Source of the DNA: an uncultured Clostridium sp.
GTDB taxonomy: Bacteria > Bacillota > Clostridia > TANB77 > CAG-508
Direction: 5' to 3'
Assembly: GCA_930990645.1 (NCBI GenBank)
Contig: CAKNQJ010000001.1
Span: 104,153 to 168,152 of the forward strand
DNA length: 64,000 nt
This document shows, piece after piece, positions 8,763 to 18,729 of the stretch. The notes beneath the pieces were generated by a model that did no database searches, was not told the origin of the DNA, and saw only the letters and a program-made list of their open reading frames with translations. A program made the translations under genes and the position numbers. The first letter of the stretch is position 1, and every line of letters begins with the position of its first letter.

Positions 8763-9563
8763 ATGGGAGAGGTTATAGTTATAACATCCGGAAAAGGCGG
8801 CGTAGGAAAAACAACTACAACAGCTAATCTTGGTGCAGCTTTGGCTTTAAGAAACAAAAAAGTTGCATTAGTAGATACAGACATTGGTTTAAGAAACCTA
8901 GATGTTGTAATGGGACTAGAAAACAGAATAGTATATGACATAGTTGATGTTGTAGAAGAAAAATGTAAACTAAGACAAGCTCTTATAAAAGACAAGCGTT
9001 TTAATGAATTATTCTTACTACCAGCAGCCCAAACAAGAGATAAAAGTGCAGTTAATGAAGAACAAATGAAAGAACTAATAGGGAAACTAAAAGACGAATT
9101 TGATTATATATTAATAGATTGTCCAGCAGGAATAGAGCAAGGATTTAAAAATGCTATTGCTGGAGCAGATAGAGCAATTGTAGTAACAACAGCAGAAATA
9201 TCAGCGATAAGAGATGCTGATAGAATAATTGGTTTATTGGAAGCATCTGAAATAAAAAATCCAGAATTAATAATAAATAGGATAAGACCTAATATGATTA
9301 AAAAAGGCGAAATGATGGACGTTGATGATATTGTGGACTTGCTATCTATTGATTTGATTGGCGTTGTCCCAGATGATGAGTACATAATAACACAAACTAA
9401 TAAAGGAGAGCCTGTAGTTATTAAGGAAAAAGCTCCATCAGGTAAAGCATATACTGAAATAGCCAGAAGGATTTTAGGAGAAAATATAGATGTAACAGTT
9501 CCTGGAAGAAAAGAAGGTCTTTTTAGTAAAATGAAAGGTTTTTTCGCAAAAGGTAAACATTAA
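8763..9563 (+). CDS. minD: Septum site-determining ATPase MinD
   Basis: Deviant Walker A GKGGVGKTT; RBS GGAGGAG. Confidence 0.9.
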   Translation: MGEVIVITSGKGGVGKTTTTANLGAALALRNKKVALVDTDIGLRNLDVVMGLENRIVYDIVDVVEEKCKLRQALIKDKRFNELFLLPAAQTRDKSAVNEEQMKELIGKLKDEFDYILIDCPAGIEQGFKNAIAGADRAIVVTTAEISAIRDADRIIGLLEASEIKNPELIINRIRPNMIKKGEMMDVDDIVDLLSIDLIGVVPDDEYIITQTNKGEPVVIKEKAPSGKAYTEIARRILGENIDVTVPGRKEGLFSKMKGFFAKGKH

Positions 9564-9581
9564 TACTATTGGAGGTAAAAT

Positions 9582-10370
9582 ATGTTTGAAAACATAACAC
9601 ATTTTTTTAAGAAATTCAAAAAAAGCGAAAAATTAGAATCTAAAAGTACTGCTAAAGAAAGATTGCATCTTGTTTTAGCGCAAGATAGAGCAAATATTTC
9701 AGCAGACTTTTTAGAAATGATGAAACAAGAGATTTTAGAAGTAATTAAAAAATATATAGATATAGATGAAAAAGCAATAGATGTAAGACTTACAAATAAA
9801 GAAAGTGAAGATGGATCTGTAGGAGCGCCTGCTTTATATGCTAATATCCCTATCATAACTATAAAAAATGAGGCTAGGATGTTAGAGGGCTCAATAAACA
9901 AAGAAAAAGTAGCAAAAAATAAAGTTGATGAAATAGGAGAAAATGTGCCTGAAACAGTTGCAGAAGAAAAAGATGGGCAGAAAGAAGAGGTCTCAGAAAA
10001 TGCCGAAAGAGTTATAGAAGAGGCCTTAGAAAATGAAAGTGACGAAGAAATTGTAGGAAAGGTTTTAGAAAAGAAAAACAACGCAGGCGTTATAGAAAAG
10101 GCTTCAGAAAAGGAAAACAGCGCAGGAGGTATAGAAGAAGTCTCAGAAAATGAAGATAATGCAGGCGTTATAAAAAAAGTCTCAGAAAAAGAAAATGATA
10201 AAGAAAATACTGATTGGATAAAAGAAGAAGTTTTGGAGAGAATAAGCAATGGAAAGGAAATAGATGCTGGTTTTCAAAAACAGAACAAAGAAGAAATAAA
10301 AAATAGATCACGTAATAAGAAAAATAAGAAATATAATAAAATAAAAAGCAATAAAAAATATAGAAATTAG
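9582..10370 (+). CDS. minE: Cell division topological specificity factor MinE with a long acidic repeat-containing C-terminal extension
   Basis: N-terminal ~90 aa match MinE (KERLHLVLAQDRANIS...). The frame continues ~170 aa further with 13-aa repeats (NAGVIEKASEKEN, SAGGIEEVSENED, NAGVIKKVSEKEN). Confidence 0.8.
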   Translation: MFENITHFFKKFKKSEKLESKSTAKERLHLVLAQDRANISADFLEMMKQEILEVIKKYIDIDEKAIDVRLTNKESEDGSVGAPALYANIPIITIKNEARMLEGSINKEKVAKNKVDEIGENVPETVAEEKDGQKEEVSENAERVIEEALENESDEEIVGKVLEKKNNAGVIEKASEKENSAGGIEEVSENEDNAGVIKKVSEKENDKENTDWIKEEVLERISNGKEIDAGFQKQNKEEIKNRSRNKKNKKYNKIKSNKKYRN

Positions 10371-10433
10371 TGTGAAAAAATGAGGCTAAAAACCAGGGAA
10401 AACAAGAAAATGATAATGTAGACGAGGTTGATA

Positions 10434-11541
10434 ATGAAGAGAAAAATTCTAAAAAATGTAGAATGGGGGATATTAATTTGTACTATTATTTTATTGATAA
10501 TAGGACTTGTAGCTTTAACATCAGCAACAAAAAATTCTGATTATGATGAATTAAAAAGACAAATCATGTGGATTGCTATAAGTATCCCTGTAATGATTAT
10601 TATAATTTTTATTGATTATGACTTAATAGCAAAATTAGCACCTGTTCTGTATGGGATAATAATTGCTTTGCTAATAGGAGTTTTATTTACAGAACCAATA
10701 AATGGTGCAACAAGTTGGTTTAACATAGGCTCATTTTCATTACAGCCAGCAGAGTTTGCAAAAATCATATGTATACTTATGCTAGCACTAGTAATGACAA
10801 AAATACAAAAAAGAGGCAGAGACGAAATAAGTAGAGTGCCAAAACTATTATTAGTATTACTAGTATTTGCAGTGCCTACACTTTTAATTATAAAACAACC
10901 AGACTATGGCACAGCACTTGCATTTGTTATGGCATTAATATTTATGTTGTTTGCCGCAGGAATAAAAAAGAGATACATTATAGCATCAATATTATTAGTA
11001 GTTATTGCCGTACCACTACTATATTTCTTTGTATTACCAGAACATGCAAAAACAAGAATAGATGTATATTTAAATCCAGAATTGGATCCAAGAGGAGCAG
11101 GATACAACATAATTCAATCTAAGCTTGCAATAGGAGCAGGAGAATTATTTGGAATGGGATTATTTAAAGGAAATCAAACACAATTAGGTTTCTTATATCC
11201 AAAAACAACTGACTTCATCTTCTCACTTATTGGAGAAGAGATGGGCTTTATTGTAGCAGCAGGAGTAATAATACTATATGTAGTTCTGATTACTAAGGCT
11301 ATATATGTTGCTAAGACTGCAAAAGATGACTTGGGCTCATACATAGCGATGGGAATAGCACGGTGTATTTTTCTTTCATATGGTAGAAAACATCGGAATG
11401 ACAATGGGACTACTTCCAATAACAGGTATACCACTTCCATTTGTAAGTTATGGAGGAAGTTCGCTACTAAGTAACTTTATCATGATAGGAATATTGCTAA
11501 ATATTTCGGGCAGAAGGCAAAAGGCAATTTTTATTGATTAA
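10434..11541 (+). pseudogene. rodA: Rod shape-determining protein RodA (FtsW/RodA/SpoVE family), frameshifted near 11361
   Basis: The frame from 10434 ends at 11474 with a non-homologous tail. The +1 frame from ~11362 encodes the conserved GVFFFHMVENIGMTMGLLPITGIPLPFVSYGGSS to a stop at 11541. Deleting the C at 11361 restores GIAGVFFF. Confidence 0.75.
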
Positions 11542-11830
11542 AGTATTTGTGTGAGTTGTATTTGAAAATTCACATAAGTTATAGAAAAAATTATAATATG
11601 TGCATTGCAAAGTTATATAATAGAAAAATTACACTTATGGCTCGGCTACCTTACGTTCGCTAAGAAATTATATAAATACATCTATGGCCTCCGCCCAAAA
11701 GGATTCGGTTTCCTCCATAGCTGTATTTTAATAATTTCTAACGCTCCTTCAGTCGCATTCGCCATTTCGTATAATTTTTCTATTATATAACTTTGCTAAT
11801 AATTAATAATATAATTGAAGGGAATAAAAA

Positions 11831-12802
11831 ATGTACTTAAAAAAACTAAAAATAGGAAATGTAGAATTACGAAATAACATACTCTTAGCTCCAATGGCAG
11901 GGATAACAGACCTGCCATTTAGATTGATATGCGAAAAATACGGAGCAGGGCTTTGTTGCACAGAAATGATAAGTAGCAAAGGTTTGTATTATAATGACTC
12001 AAAGACTAAGCTCTTTCTAAATTTAAAAGGAGAGCAAAGACCAGTAGCAGCCCAAATATTTGGAAGTGATATAGAAGCATTAAAATACGCAGCAGGCTAT
12101 GTTAGCGATTTTGTGGATATTGTAGATATAAATATGGGCTGCCCTGCACCTAAAATAGTAAAAAATGGAGATGGAAGTAAGCTACTTTTAAATTTAGAAT
12201 TAGTAGAAAAAATAGCAACAGAGGTTGTAAAAGCATCAAAAGTCCCAGTAACAGCAAAAATAAGAAAAGGCTGGGATGCTAACCACATAGTTGCAGTGAA
12301 AACGGCTAAAATACTAGAAAAATCAGGAATATCTGCAATAACAATACATGGAAGAACAAGAGAAGAATACTACTCCGGAAATGCAGATTGGGAAATTATT
12401 AAAAAAGTAAAAGAGACAGTAAATATACCTGTAATAGGAAACGGGGATATAAAGAGTAAAGAAGATGCTTTAAAAATGTTTAAAGAAACAAATGTAGATG
12501 GAATAATGGTAGGAAGAGCTGCAATAGGGAATCCATGGATATTTGAGGAGATAGTAGGTTATCTACAAGGAAAAGAGCAAAGACAAATTACAAAAAGCGA
12601 AAGACTTGAAACAATATTAGAACATATTAATCTGGCAGTAGAAGTAAAAGGAGAAAACATAGCAATAAAAGAAATGCGAAAACATTTAGCATACTATATA
12701 AAGAATACGAAAGATGCAAGTAGATTAAGAGAAAAGATAAACAAAATTGACACAAAAGCAGAATTAATAGATTGTCTAAACGAATACTTTAAAAACATAT
12801 AG
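11831..12802 (+). CDS. dusB: tRNA-dihydrouridine synthase
   Basis: Dus family FMN-binding motifs (LAPMAGITD, DINMGCP). Confidence 0.85.
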   Translation: MYLKKLKIGNVELRNNILLAPMAGITDLPFRLICEKYGAGLCCTEMISSKGLYYNDSKTKLFLNLKGEQRPVAAQIFGSDIEALKYAAGYVSDFVDIVDINMGCPAPKIVKNGDGSKLLLNLELVEKIATEVVKASKVPVTAKIRKGWDANHIVAVKTAKILEKSGISAITIHGRTREEYYSGNADWEIIKKVKETVNIPVIGNGDIKSKEDALKMFKETNVDGIMVGRAAIGNPWIFEEIVGYLQGKEQRQITKSERLETILEHINLAVEVKGENIAIKEMRKHLAYYIKNTKDASRLREKINKIDTKAELIDCLNEYFKNI

Positions 12803-12810
12803 AATAAATT

Positions 12811-12955
12811 GACAAAAGGGACACTCCTAAAGTGTCAAAAAAGTTTTACAAAAGGGACACTCCTAAATATTAGAAGAGTTGGATGTGGAGGAGTGTCCCA
12901 AAATGTAAAAAAAGATTTACAAAAAAGAGTGTCCCTTTTGTAAAATTTTTGTAAA
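12811..12955. repeat. GGGACACTCC / GGAGTGTCCC box cluster (TTGACAAAAGGGACACTCC units)
   Basis: Four boxes in 145 bp between dusB and the next gene. Confidence 0.85.
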
Positions 12956-12970
12956 GGAAAGTGATGTTAG

Positions 12971-13687
12971 ATGATCGAAAAGTTAAAAAATAAGAAAAGG
13001 ATAATTGTAATTTCAATAGTTATAATTATTCTTTTAATTTTTTTCATAATTTTTTCAAAAAACAATTATAAAATTTCAGAAATTGGCAATACTATGAGTA
13101 ACAAAAATATTGAGGAAATTGAAGAATATATTTTAAATATTAGTTCATATGAAGCAACGATAGAAGTAATAGTTGAAAGCAACAAAAACACAAATAAATA
13201 TGTACTTTTACAAAAATATGTCTCACCAAACATGTCAAGACAAACAGTAGTAGAGCCAAGCAACCTGGAAAGAATTGAAATATTGTATGATGGACAAAAT
13301 TTGAGTATAAAAAATTCTAGATTTAATTTAAGCAAAATATATGAAAATTACGAATATGTTGTAGATAATGTATTATGCTTGGAGTCTTTTATAGCAGATT
13401 ATAAACAATGCAAAACAGAAGGTAATACAAACGGCAATGAAGAAATCGAAAAAGCAAGTGACAAGGAAGATTACGCGAAAGCTTATGAGGAAAACGGCGA
13501 ATATGTCTTTGAAACTTGTATAACAAACAGCAATAAATATAGACAAAGCAAGAAACTATATGTTGACAAAAATACAGCAAAACCAACTAAATTACTAGTC
13601 CAAGATATTAACGAAAAAACAGTAGTTTACATATTATATAATGAGATAGAGATAAATGATTTAGATAAAAATGATATGCTTGCATAA
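12971..13687 (+). CDS. Hypothetical membrane-anchored protein (possible YdcC/LolA-like)
   Basis: N-terminal TM, then a soluble domain. It sits upstream of mazF, the position ydcC occupies in Bacillus. The family call is weak. Confidence 0.45.
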   Translation: MIEKLKNKKRIIVISIVIIILLIFFIIFSKNNYKISEIGNTMSNKNIEEIEEYILNISSYEATIEVIVESNKNTNKYVLLQKYVSPNMSRQTVVEPSNLERIEILYDGQNLSIKNSRFNLSKIYENYEYVVDNVLCLESFIADYKQCKTEGNTNGNEEIEKASDKEDYAKAYEENGEYVFETCITNSNKYRQSKKLYVDKNTAKPTKLLVQDINEKTVVYILYNEIEINDLDKNDMLA

Positions 13688-13811
13688 AAAAAATTGAAAT
13701 GTATGCAGTGGCGATATAAATTAATCATAAATCATGTTACTATATCTCAAACTAATTTTAAAATATATTAGAAAATAAGCCTTAAATATAGAACTAATAG
13801 GAGTGAAGGAC

Positions 13812-14159
13812 ATGGTAATTAAAAGAGGAGATATGTTTTATGCTGATTTAAGTCCAGTGGTTGGCTCAGAGCAAGGAGGGGTTAGACCAGTATTGATAAT
13901 ACAAAATGATGTTGGAAATAAACACAGTCCAACAGTTATTGCAGCAGCAATTACATCACAAACAGGAAAAAATAAATTACCAACACATATAGAAATAGGT
14001 TCAGAAGAAAATGGATTAAAGGCTGACTCAGTTGTTCTAACTGAGCAGATACGAACAATAGATAAAAGTAGATTAAAAGAAAAAATAGGACATATAGATG
14101 ATGAAAATGTAATATCTCAAATAAATAATGCTCTGGGAGTAAGCTTTGGACTAGAATAA
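13812..14159 (+). CDS. mazF: MazF/PemK/EndoA-family endoribonuclease toxin
   Basis: [33 protein letters not shown] closely matches B. subtilis EndoA. RBS AGGAGTGAAGG supports the ATG at 13812. Confidence 0.85.
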   Translation: MVIKRGDMFYADLSPVVGSEQGGVRPVLIIQNDVGNKHSPTVIAAAITSQTGKNKLPTHIEIGSEENGLKADSVVLTEQIRTIDKSRLKEKIGHIDDENVISQINNALGVSFGLE

Positions 14160-14300
14160 AAATCGAACAAAGGTGACGGAGCATTTGTTTCAAGTTATCC
14201 ACACAATTCTGAAAAATTGTGGAAAAACTGCAACGAAAACTCCGTCCCATTTGTTTTATTTGTTCAAATTTCCGCAAAATTACTCCGTCCCCTTTTGTAA
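14160..14300. repeat. GACGGAGCATTTG / CTCCGTCCC box cluster (GGGACGGAG variant)
   Basis: Boxes at 14166, 14243 and 14283; lies between mazF and the convergent HD gene. Confidence 0.75.
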
Positions 14301-14305
14301 AAAAA

Positions 14306-15238
14306 TTAAACTTCCAATTTCTTTATAATCTTAATCTCATTATATAGCTTTTTTACTCTGTCTGACCTAAGTTCTAAAGCATTTTTGTAATCTTCATAAA
14401 CTTGTCTGTAATTATCAAAATTTTCATCTACTTGGAAAAGCATTCTCATACCTTCTTTGTAATATGACTTTTTCTTATCAGTTTTTGCTTCTTCCATTTT
14501 ATCTGCATATTTACATACAAGCTCAAGCCTTTTTATATTTTCTTTTAGATAATCTAAATACTCATATAAACAGCTGATTTCATACAAAATATCGTCTATA
14601 ACAACCTTAAATAAAACTTTCAAAACACGTTTATTAATCTTTCCAACTTTTGAATTCTGAGACAAATAGTCAAGAGCGACAAACTTAGGATCTGGCTGTG
14701 CATCTTTAATTAAGTCTTTTAAAGTTTCAGAAATATTAACGTGGGTTTTGTACTGCCTTTTTGTAACTATAGCATCGTATTCATCAGCTACACGCACAAT
14801 CTGTGCTTCCATAGGTACTTTCGTTATTCCATTTGGATATCCAGAGCCATTTAGTGCCTCATGGTGGTCAAGAGCAACTATTGAATATGGTCGTAAGTTT
14901 AAGTCTTTCATACACATTTCATAACCTTGTGTAGTATGAGTTTTCATTATTTCAAACTCTTCATCTGTAAGCTTATCTGGTTTGTTTAGAATTTCTGATG
15001 GAATAAATAATTTTCCGATGTCATGCAAATACGCAGAAATTGTGCAATAAATAGTAAAAGTTTTGCTACAATGTAAATACTCACAAATTCTACATGTTAA
15101 GTTTGCAACGTTTTCACTATGCCTTCTAGTAAAGAAATCCAAACTTCCAAGGATATCTAATTGATATCTCATAGTTTTATCTAAGTTATATGATTTTAAA
15201 TTAACTGGACTATAAAAATCAAATTTTTCAGCTTTCAT
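14306..15238 (-). CDS. HD-GYP/HD domain phosphohydrolase
   Basis: HD motif (HDIGK) and GYP-like region (HHEALNGSGYPNG). Confidence 0.7.
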   Translation of the reverse strand: MKAEKFDFYSPVNLKSYNLDKTMRYQLDILGSLDFFTRRHSENVANLTCRICEYLHCSKTFTIYCTISAYLHDIGKLFIPSEILNKPDKLTDEEFEIMKTHTTQGYEMCMKDLNLRPYSIVALDHHEALNGSGYPNGITKVPMEAQIVRVADEYDAIVTKRQYKTHVNISETLKDLIKDAQPDPKFVALDYLSQNSKVGKINKRVLKVLFKVVIDDILYEISCLYEYLDYLKENIKRLELVCKYADKMEEAKTDKKKSYYKEGMRMLFQVDENFDNYRQVYEDYKNALELRSDRVKKLYNEIKIIKKLEV

Positions 15239-15239
15239 T

Positions 15240-16066
15240 AGAAACCTCCATTCGAGCTATAATATGCTATAAAAAATTAATAACCTCTAAATTGCGAGAA
15301 TGAAAGAGGTTTTGGTTAGCTCCATTTTTCTTAAGTACAATTTAATAATACTATAAAATACAAAAAAAAACAATAGAAATTAATAGTATATAATAATTTT
15401 TCGTTACTATTTAAAGATTTTGAGTAAAATCTAGGAAATATGTATGTTGTAAATGTTTGCTTTCGACCCCAACATCGTACAAACTTGTGATATAAGGATA
15501 TTTAAAAAATTAAAAAAATTTTTAAAAAAATGTATAATAAAAAAATTATTGGCCATAATAATACCATAAGATTGATATTAGTTGAAATAAGAGTAATATG
15601 AGATGTTTATATAATGTTTTGTATTGTTCGAGCAAAGATGTATAATAGTGTAATGACCTTATATTATTATATGTCGGCGATGAGAGTATATTATTTGTGT
15701 TATGGCTGCATAAAAATTATTTCTATTGTACTTAGTATTTATAGTTATAATTAGAAAATGTGTGGTTGAACCATAGGTAATATATTCGAAGTTAAGATTA
15801 TACTTGTATTTGATAATAGTTGTTACTAGTCCCACGCTGGATGAATATGGTTATTATGTGTGCATTTATAGTCGGGCAACTGATTGATATATTTGGTGAT
15901 TAGCTTATTTATACAGCAATGTATATTAGGTTATAAGTTAGGTATATTGGTTTTAGCTGGAGATTAATATCAGTTTTATGATTAAATGTCGCTATAGGTG
16001 TCATCCCTATAGCGGCATTTAAAATGTCACAAAAACTTGAAATGCTGCCTGAAATAGTGTACACTT
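15240..16066. other. 0.83-kb ORF-free AT-rich region with strong strand skew (C-depleted, G+T-rich on the plus strand); ends in the hairpin GTCGCTATAGG-tgtcatc-CCTATAGCGGC
   Basis: No ORF over ~25 codons in any frame. C is ~5% versus G ~19% over 15590-15990. Candidate large ncRNA or leader. Confidence 0.4.
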
Positions 16067-16087
16067 ATGCAAAAGGAGTTGAGCGCA

Positions 16088-17359
16088 ATGTTAATAAAAA
16101 ATGGAAAAGTCATAATTTTTGAAGATAATGATGTTAAAGTAAAAGAATTGGACATAAAAGTAAAAGGAAATAAAATAGAGAAATTAGCAAAGAACATAGA
16201 ACAAGAGGATGGCGAAAAAGTTATAGATGCAAGCCACAAAGTTGTTATGCCAGGATTAATAAATACACATGCACATATAGCAATGAGTATTTTTAGAGGT
16301 ACTTTTGAGGGTTGCGATTTATATACATGGCTAAATCAAAAGATATGGCCAATTGAAGCGAAATTAACTGAAGAGGATGTATATGATGCAAGTATGCTTT
16401 CAATATTAGAGATGATTTCAACTGGAACAACATGTGTTAATGATCATTACTTCTTTTCAGAGAAGATAAGAGAGGCTCTTACTGAATCAAAAATGAGAGC
16501 TGTTATCACAAGAGTTCTAATGGATAATGATGGAGAAGAGGCATCACAAAATAGAATAGATGAATTTGTACATCTATATGAAACAAGAGATGTAAATAAC
16601 AATTTAATTACATACACTGTATCTCCACATGGACTATATACATGCTCAGGAAAGGTTTTAGAAAAATCAAGAGAACTTGCTCTTAAATATAATTTACCAG
16701 TTCATGTTCACTTTTTGGAGAGCGTAAGTGAAATAGAAGATATAAAGAAACTACATGGCGAGTCTGCATCAAAAGTGTTAAAAAAATATTTTGATGGTAT
16801 ACACACGATTTTAGCGCATGGAGTAAAGCTAAATGATGAAGATGTAGAAATTTTGAAAACAACGGACTGCGGAATTGCACATAATCCTATATCTAATTTT
16901 AGACTTGGCTGCAAAATAGCTGATGTTACAAAATATTTAAAAAACGGAATAAATGTAGCTTTAGGAACAGATGGACAGGGTTCAGGAAACAACTTAGACA
17001 TGTTCGAGGCAATGAAGATAGCAGCTTTAGCACAAGGAGGAATTCATGAAAACGAGGAAAGAATTAGTTCAAAAGATATTATAAAAATGGCGACAATAAA
17101 TGGAGCAAAATTATTAGGAATTGATGATAAAGTTGGTAGCATAGAAGAGGGGAAAGAAGCGGATATAATAATTGTAGACATTTCGCCAAGATTAGATAAT
17201 ATAAAGACCATTCCAAATAATGATATTGTATCGAATTTGGTATATAATACTGAAGGAAGAAGTGTAGATACAACAATAGTAAATGGAGAAATTTTGATGG
17301 AAAGTAGACAAATTAAATACATAGATACAGAAAAAATAATCAACAAATTCGTAAAATAA
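16088..17359 (+). CDS. mtaD: 5-methylthioadenosine/S-adenosylhomocysteine deaminase (amidohydrolase family)
   Basis: Metal-binding HAH motif (PGLINTHAHIAMS); RBS AAAGGAG before the ATG at 16088. Confidence 0.75.
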   Translation: MLIKNGKVIIFEDNDVKVKELDIKVKGNKIEKLAKNIEQEDGEKVIDASHKVVMPGLINTHAHIAMSIFRGTFEGCDLYTWLNQKIWPIEAKLTEEDVYDASMLSILEMISTGTTCVNDHYFFSEKIREALTESKMRAVITRVLMDNDGEEASQNRIDEFVHLYETRDVNNNLITYTVSPHGLYTCSGKVLEKSRELALKYNLPVHVHFLESVSEIEDIKKLHGESASKVLKKYFDGIHTILAHGVKLNDEDVEILKTTDCGIAHNPISNFRLGCKIADVTKYLKNGINVALGTDGQGSGNNLDMFEAMKIAALAQGGIHENEERISSKDIIKMATINGAKLLGIDDKVGSIEEGKEADIIIVDISPRLDNIKTIPNNDIVSNLVYNTEGRSVDTTIVNGEILMESRQIKYIDTEKIINKFVK

Positions 17360-17503
17360 AACTAATAATTAAACCGCTGATGTTGCAGAATTGCAAGTTA
17401 TACTAGGAAATAAAAATACATCAAATACGCTTGCATTTCGTTTTATATCTTTAGTTCCTTTGATATCATATAATGGTAATTTTATATGAGAAGGGGCAAT
17501 GAT

Positions 17504-17839
17504 ATGAAGAAACCAAGGGTAATAAAAATCGGAAAAAATATTCAAGCTATTAGAAAAAGTCATGGATACACTCAAGAAAAATTAGCAGAAGCAGTTGAAT
17601 GCTCACCTAGATATATAGGGGACATTGAACAAGATAGGTCAAAGCCATCATATGAGGTATTAGTGAAAATATGTAATTTATTCAACATAGGATTAAATGA
17701 TGTATTTAGCGAATATCTTGATGTAAAAGGCAAGAAAGAAATCAATGGAGCATTATTTGGATTTGATGCACTTAAACCAAATAATCAAGACACTATAGTT
17801 CATATGATAGAATATTTTAACAAAAGCAATGTATCATAA
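17504..17839 (+). CDS. XRE-family HTH transcriptional regulator
   Basis: HTH GYTQEKLAEAVECSPRYIGDIE; RBS AAGGGG. Confidence 0.7.
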   Translation: MKKPRVIKIGKNIQAIRKSHGYTQEKLAEAVECSPRYIGDIEQDRSKPSYEVLVKICNLFNIGLNDVFSEYLDVKGKKEINGALFGFDALKPNNQDTIVHMIEYFNKSNVS

Positions 17840-17986
17840 TTCGGATTTGGACATTTGTCTGTGAGCTTGTCAACACTTATGGAAAGTTTTATATAAGGAT
17901 TGACAGGCTCTAAAAAAATCCTATATACCGGAAGAGTGCAATGTTTTTACAATATTTGATACTATAGGTGAAAAATGGTGACAGGT

Positions 17987-18024
17987 ATAAAATAAAAAAT
18001 AAACTAGAAAATTTAATCTAGTTT
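17987..18024. terminator. Bidirectional intrinsic terminator (AAATAAACTAG / CTAGTTTATTT stem, 11 bp)
   Basis: Perfect stem followed by a T-run; lies at the 3-prime end of the minus-strand XRE gene. Confidence 0.5.
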
Positions 18025-18246
18025 ATTTTTGCCTTTAGGATAGGGAGAGGAATTATCAGTTCTATATATTAAATAATCTATACTAGTATTATAAAAATCA
18101 GCTAGTTTTGATAGTAGTTCTAACGGAATACTACGCTTGCCAAGCTCATAATAAGAGTAAGCTACTTGTGAAATATTGAGGTACTTACTCATATCAGTTT
18201 GAGTAAGATCTTTATCTTCTCTTAAACTTTTTATTCTAGTTTTCAT
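18013..18246 (-). CDS. XRE-family HTH regulator (77 aa)
   Basis: HTH LTQTDMSKYLNISQVAYSYYE; divergent from the pilin-like gene at 18409. Confidence 0.7.
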   Translation of the reverse strand: MKTRIKSLREDKDLTQTDMSKYLNISQVAYSYYELGKRSIPLELLSKLADFYNTSIDYLIYRTDNSSPYPKGKNKLD

Positions 18247-18408
18247 TTTATATCCTTTCGTTATAAAAATATCTAATAAAAATGCAGAATCATAAAATTA
18301 GTTTTGATAGTAATAATAAAATTATAAAATAAAACAAAATGTTATATTGACATTTAAAACAAATTGTTTTAAAATAAGAATAATTTAATAAAACGAAAGG
18401 AGAAAAAA

Positions 18409-18606
18409 ATGGATTTTAAGAGAAAAAACAAAGGAATAACGCTAGTGGCACTTGTAATCACAATTATAATCATAATAATTCTATCAACAATAGCAATCAA
18501 TTTCACATTTGGAGAAAATGGATTAATAACAAGGGCAGAGCAAGCAAAAGAGCTAGCAGAAGTTTTACAGGAGGAACAGGAGAAGAAGGAGACCCATATA
18601 CCTTAG
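18409..18606 (+). CDS. Short pilin-like N-terminal domain protein (65 aa), truncated paralog of the 53173 gene
   Basis: KGITLVALVITIIIIIILSTIAINFTFGENGL is nearly identical to the N-terminus of the 277-aa protein at 53173; RBS AAAGGAG. Confidence 0.5.
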   Translation: MDFKRKNKGITLVALVITIIIIIILSTIAINFTFGENGLITRAEQAKELAEVLQEEQEKKETHIP

Positions 18607-18729
18607 GTACATAGTGAATAAATAGATAAATTCGGAATTCAATTCCGGATTTATCTATTTATTATAGACTTTTTCTAAAAAATAGTGTACAATATATATA
18701 TAGAAATTTTAAGGAAGGTGAACTTAAAA

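Noticed and set aside
11605-11790. 61-aa ORF between rodA and dusB
   Set aside because: No RBS and implausible composition. The region is more likely a non-coding leader.
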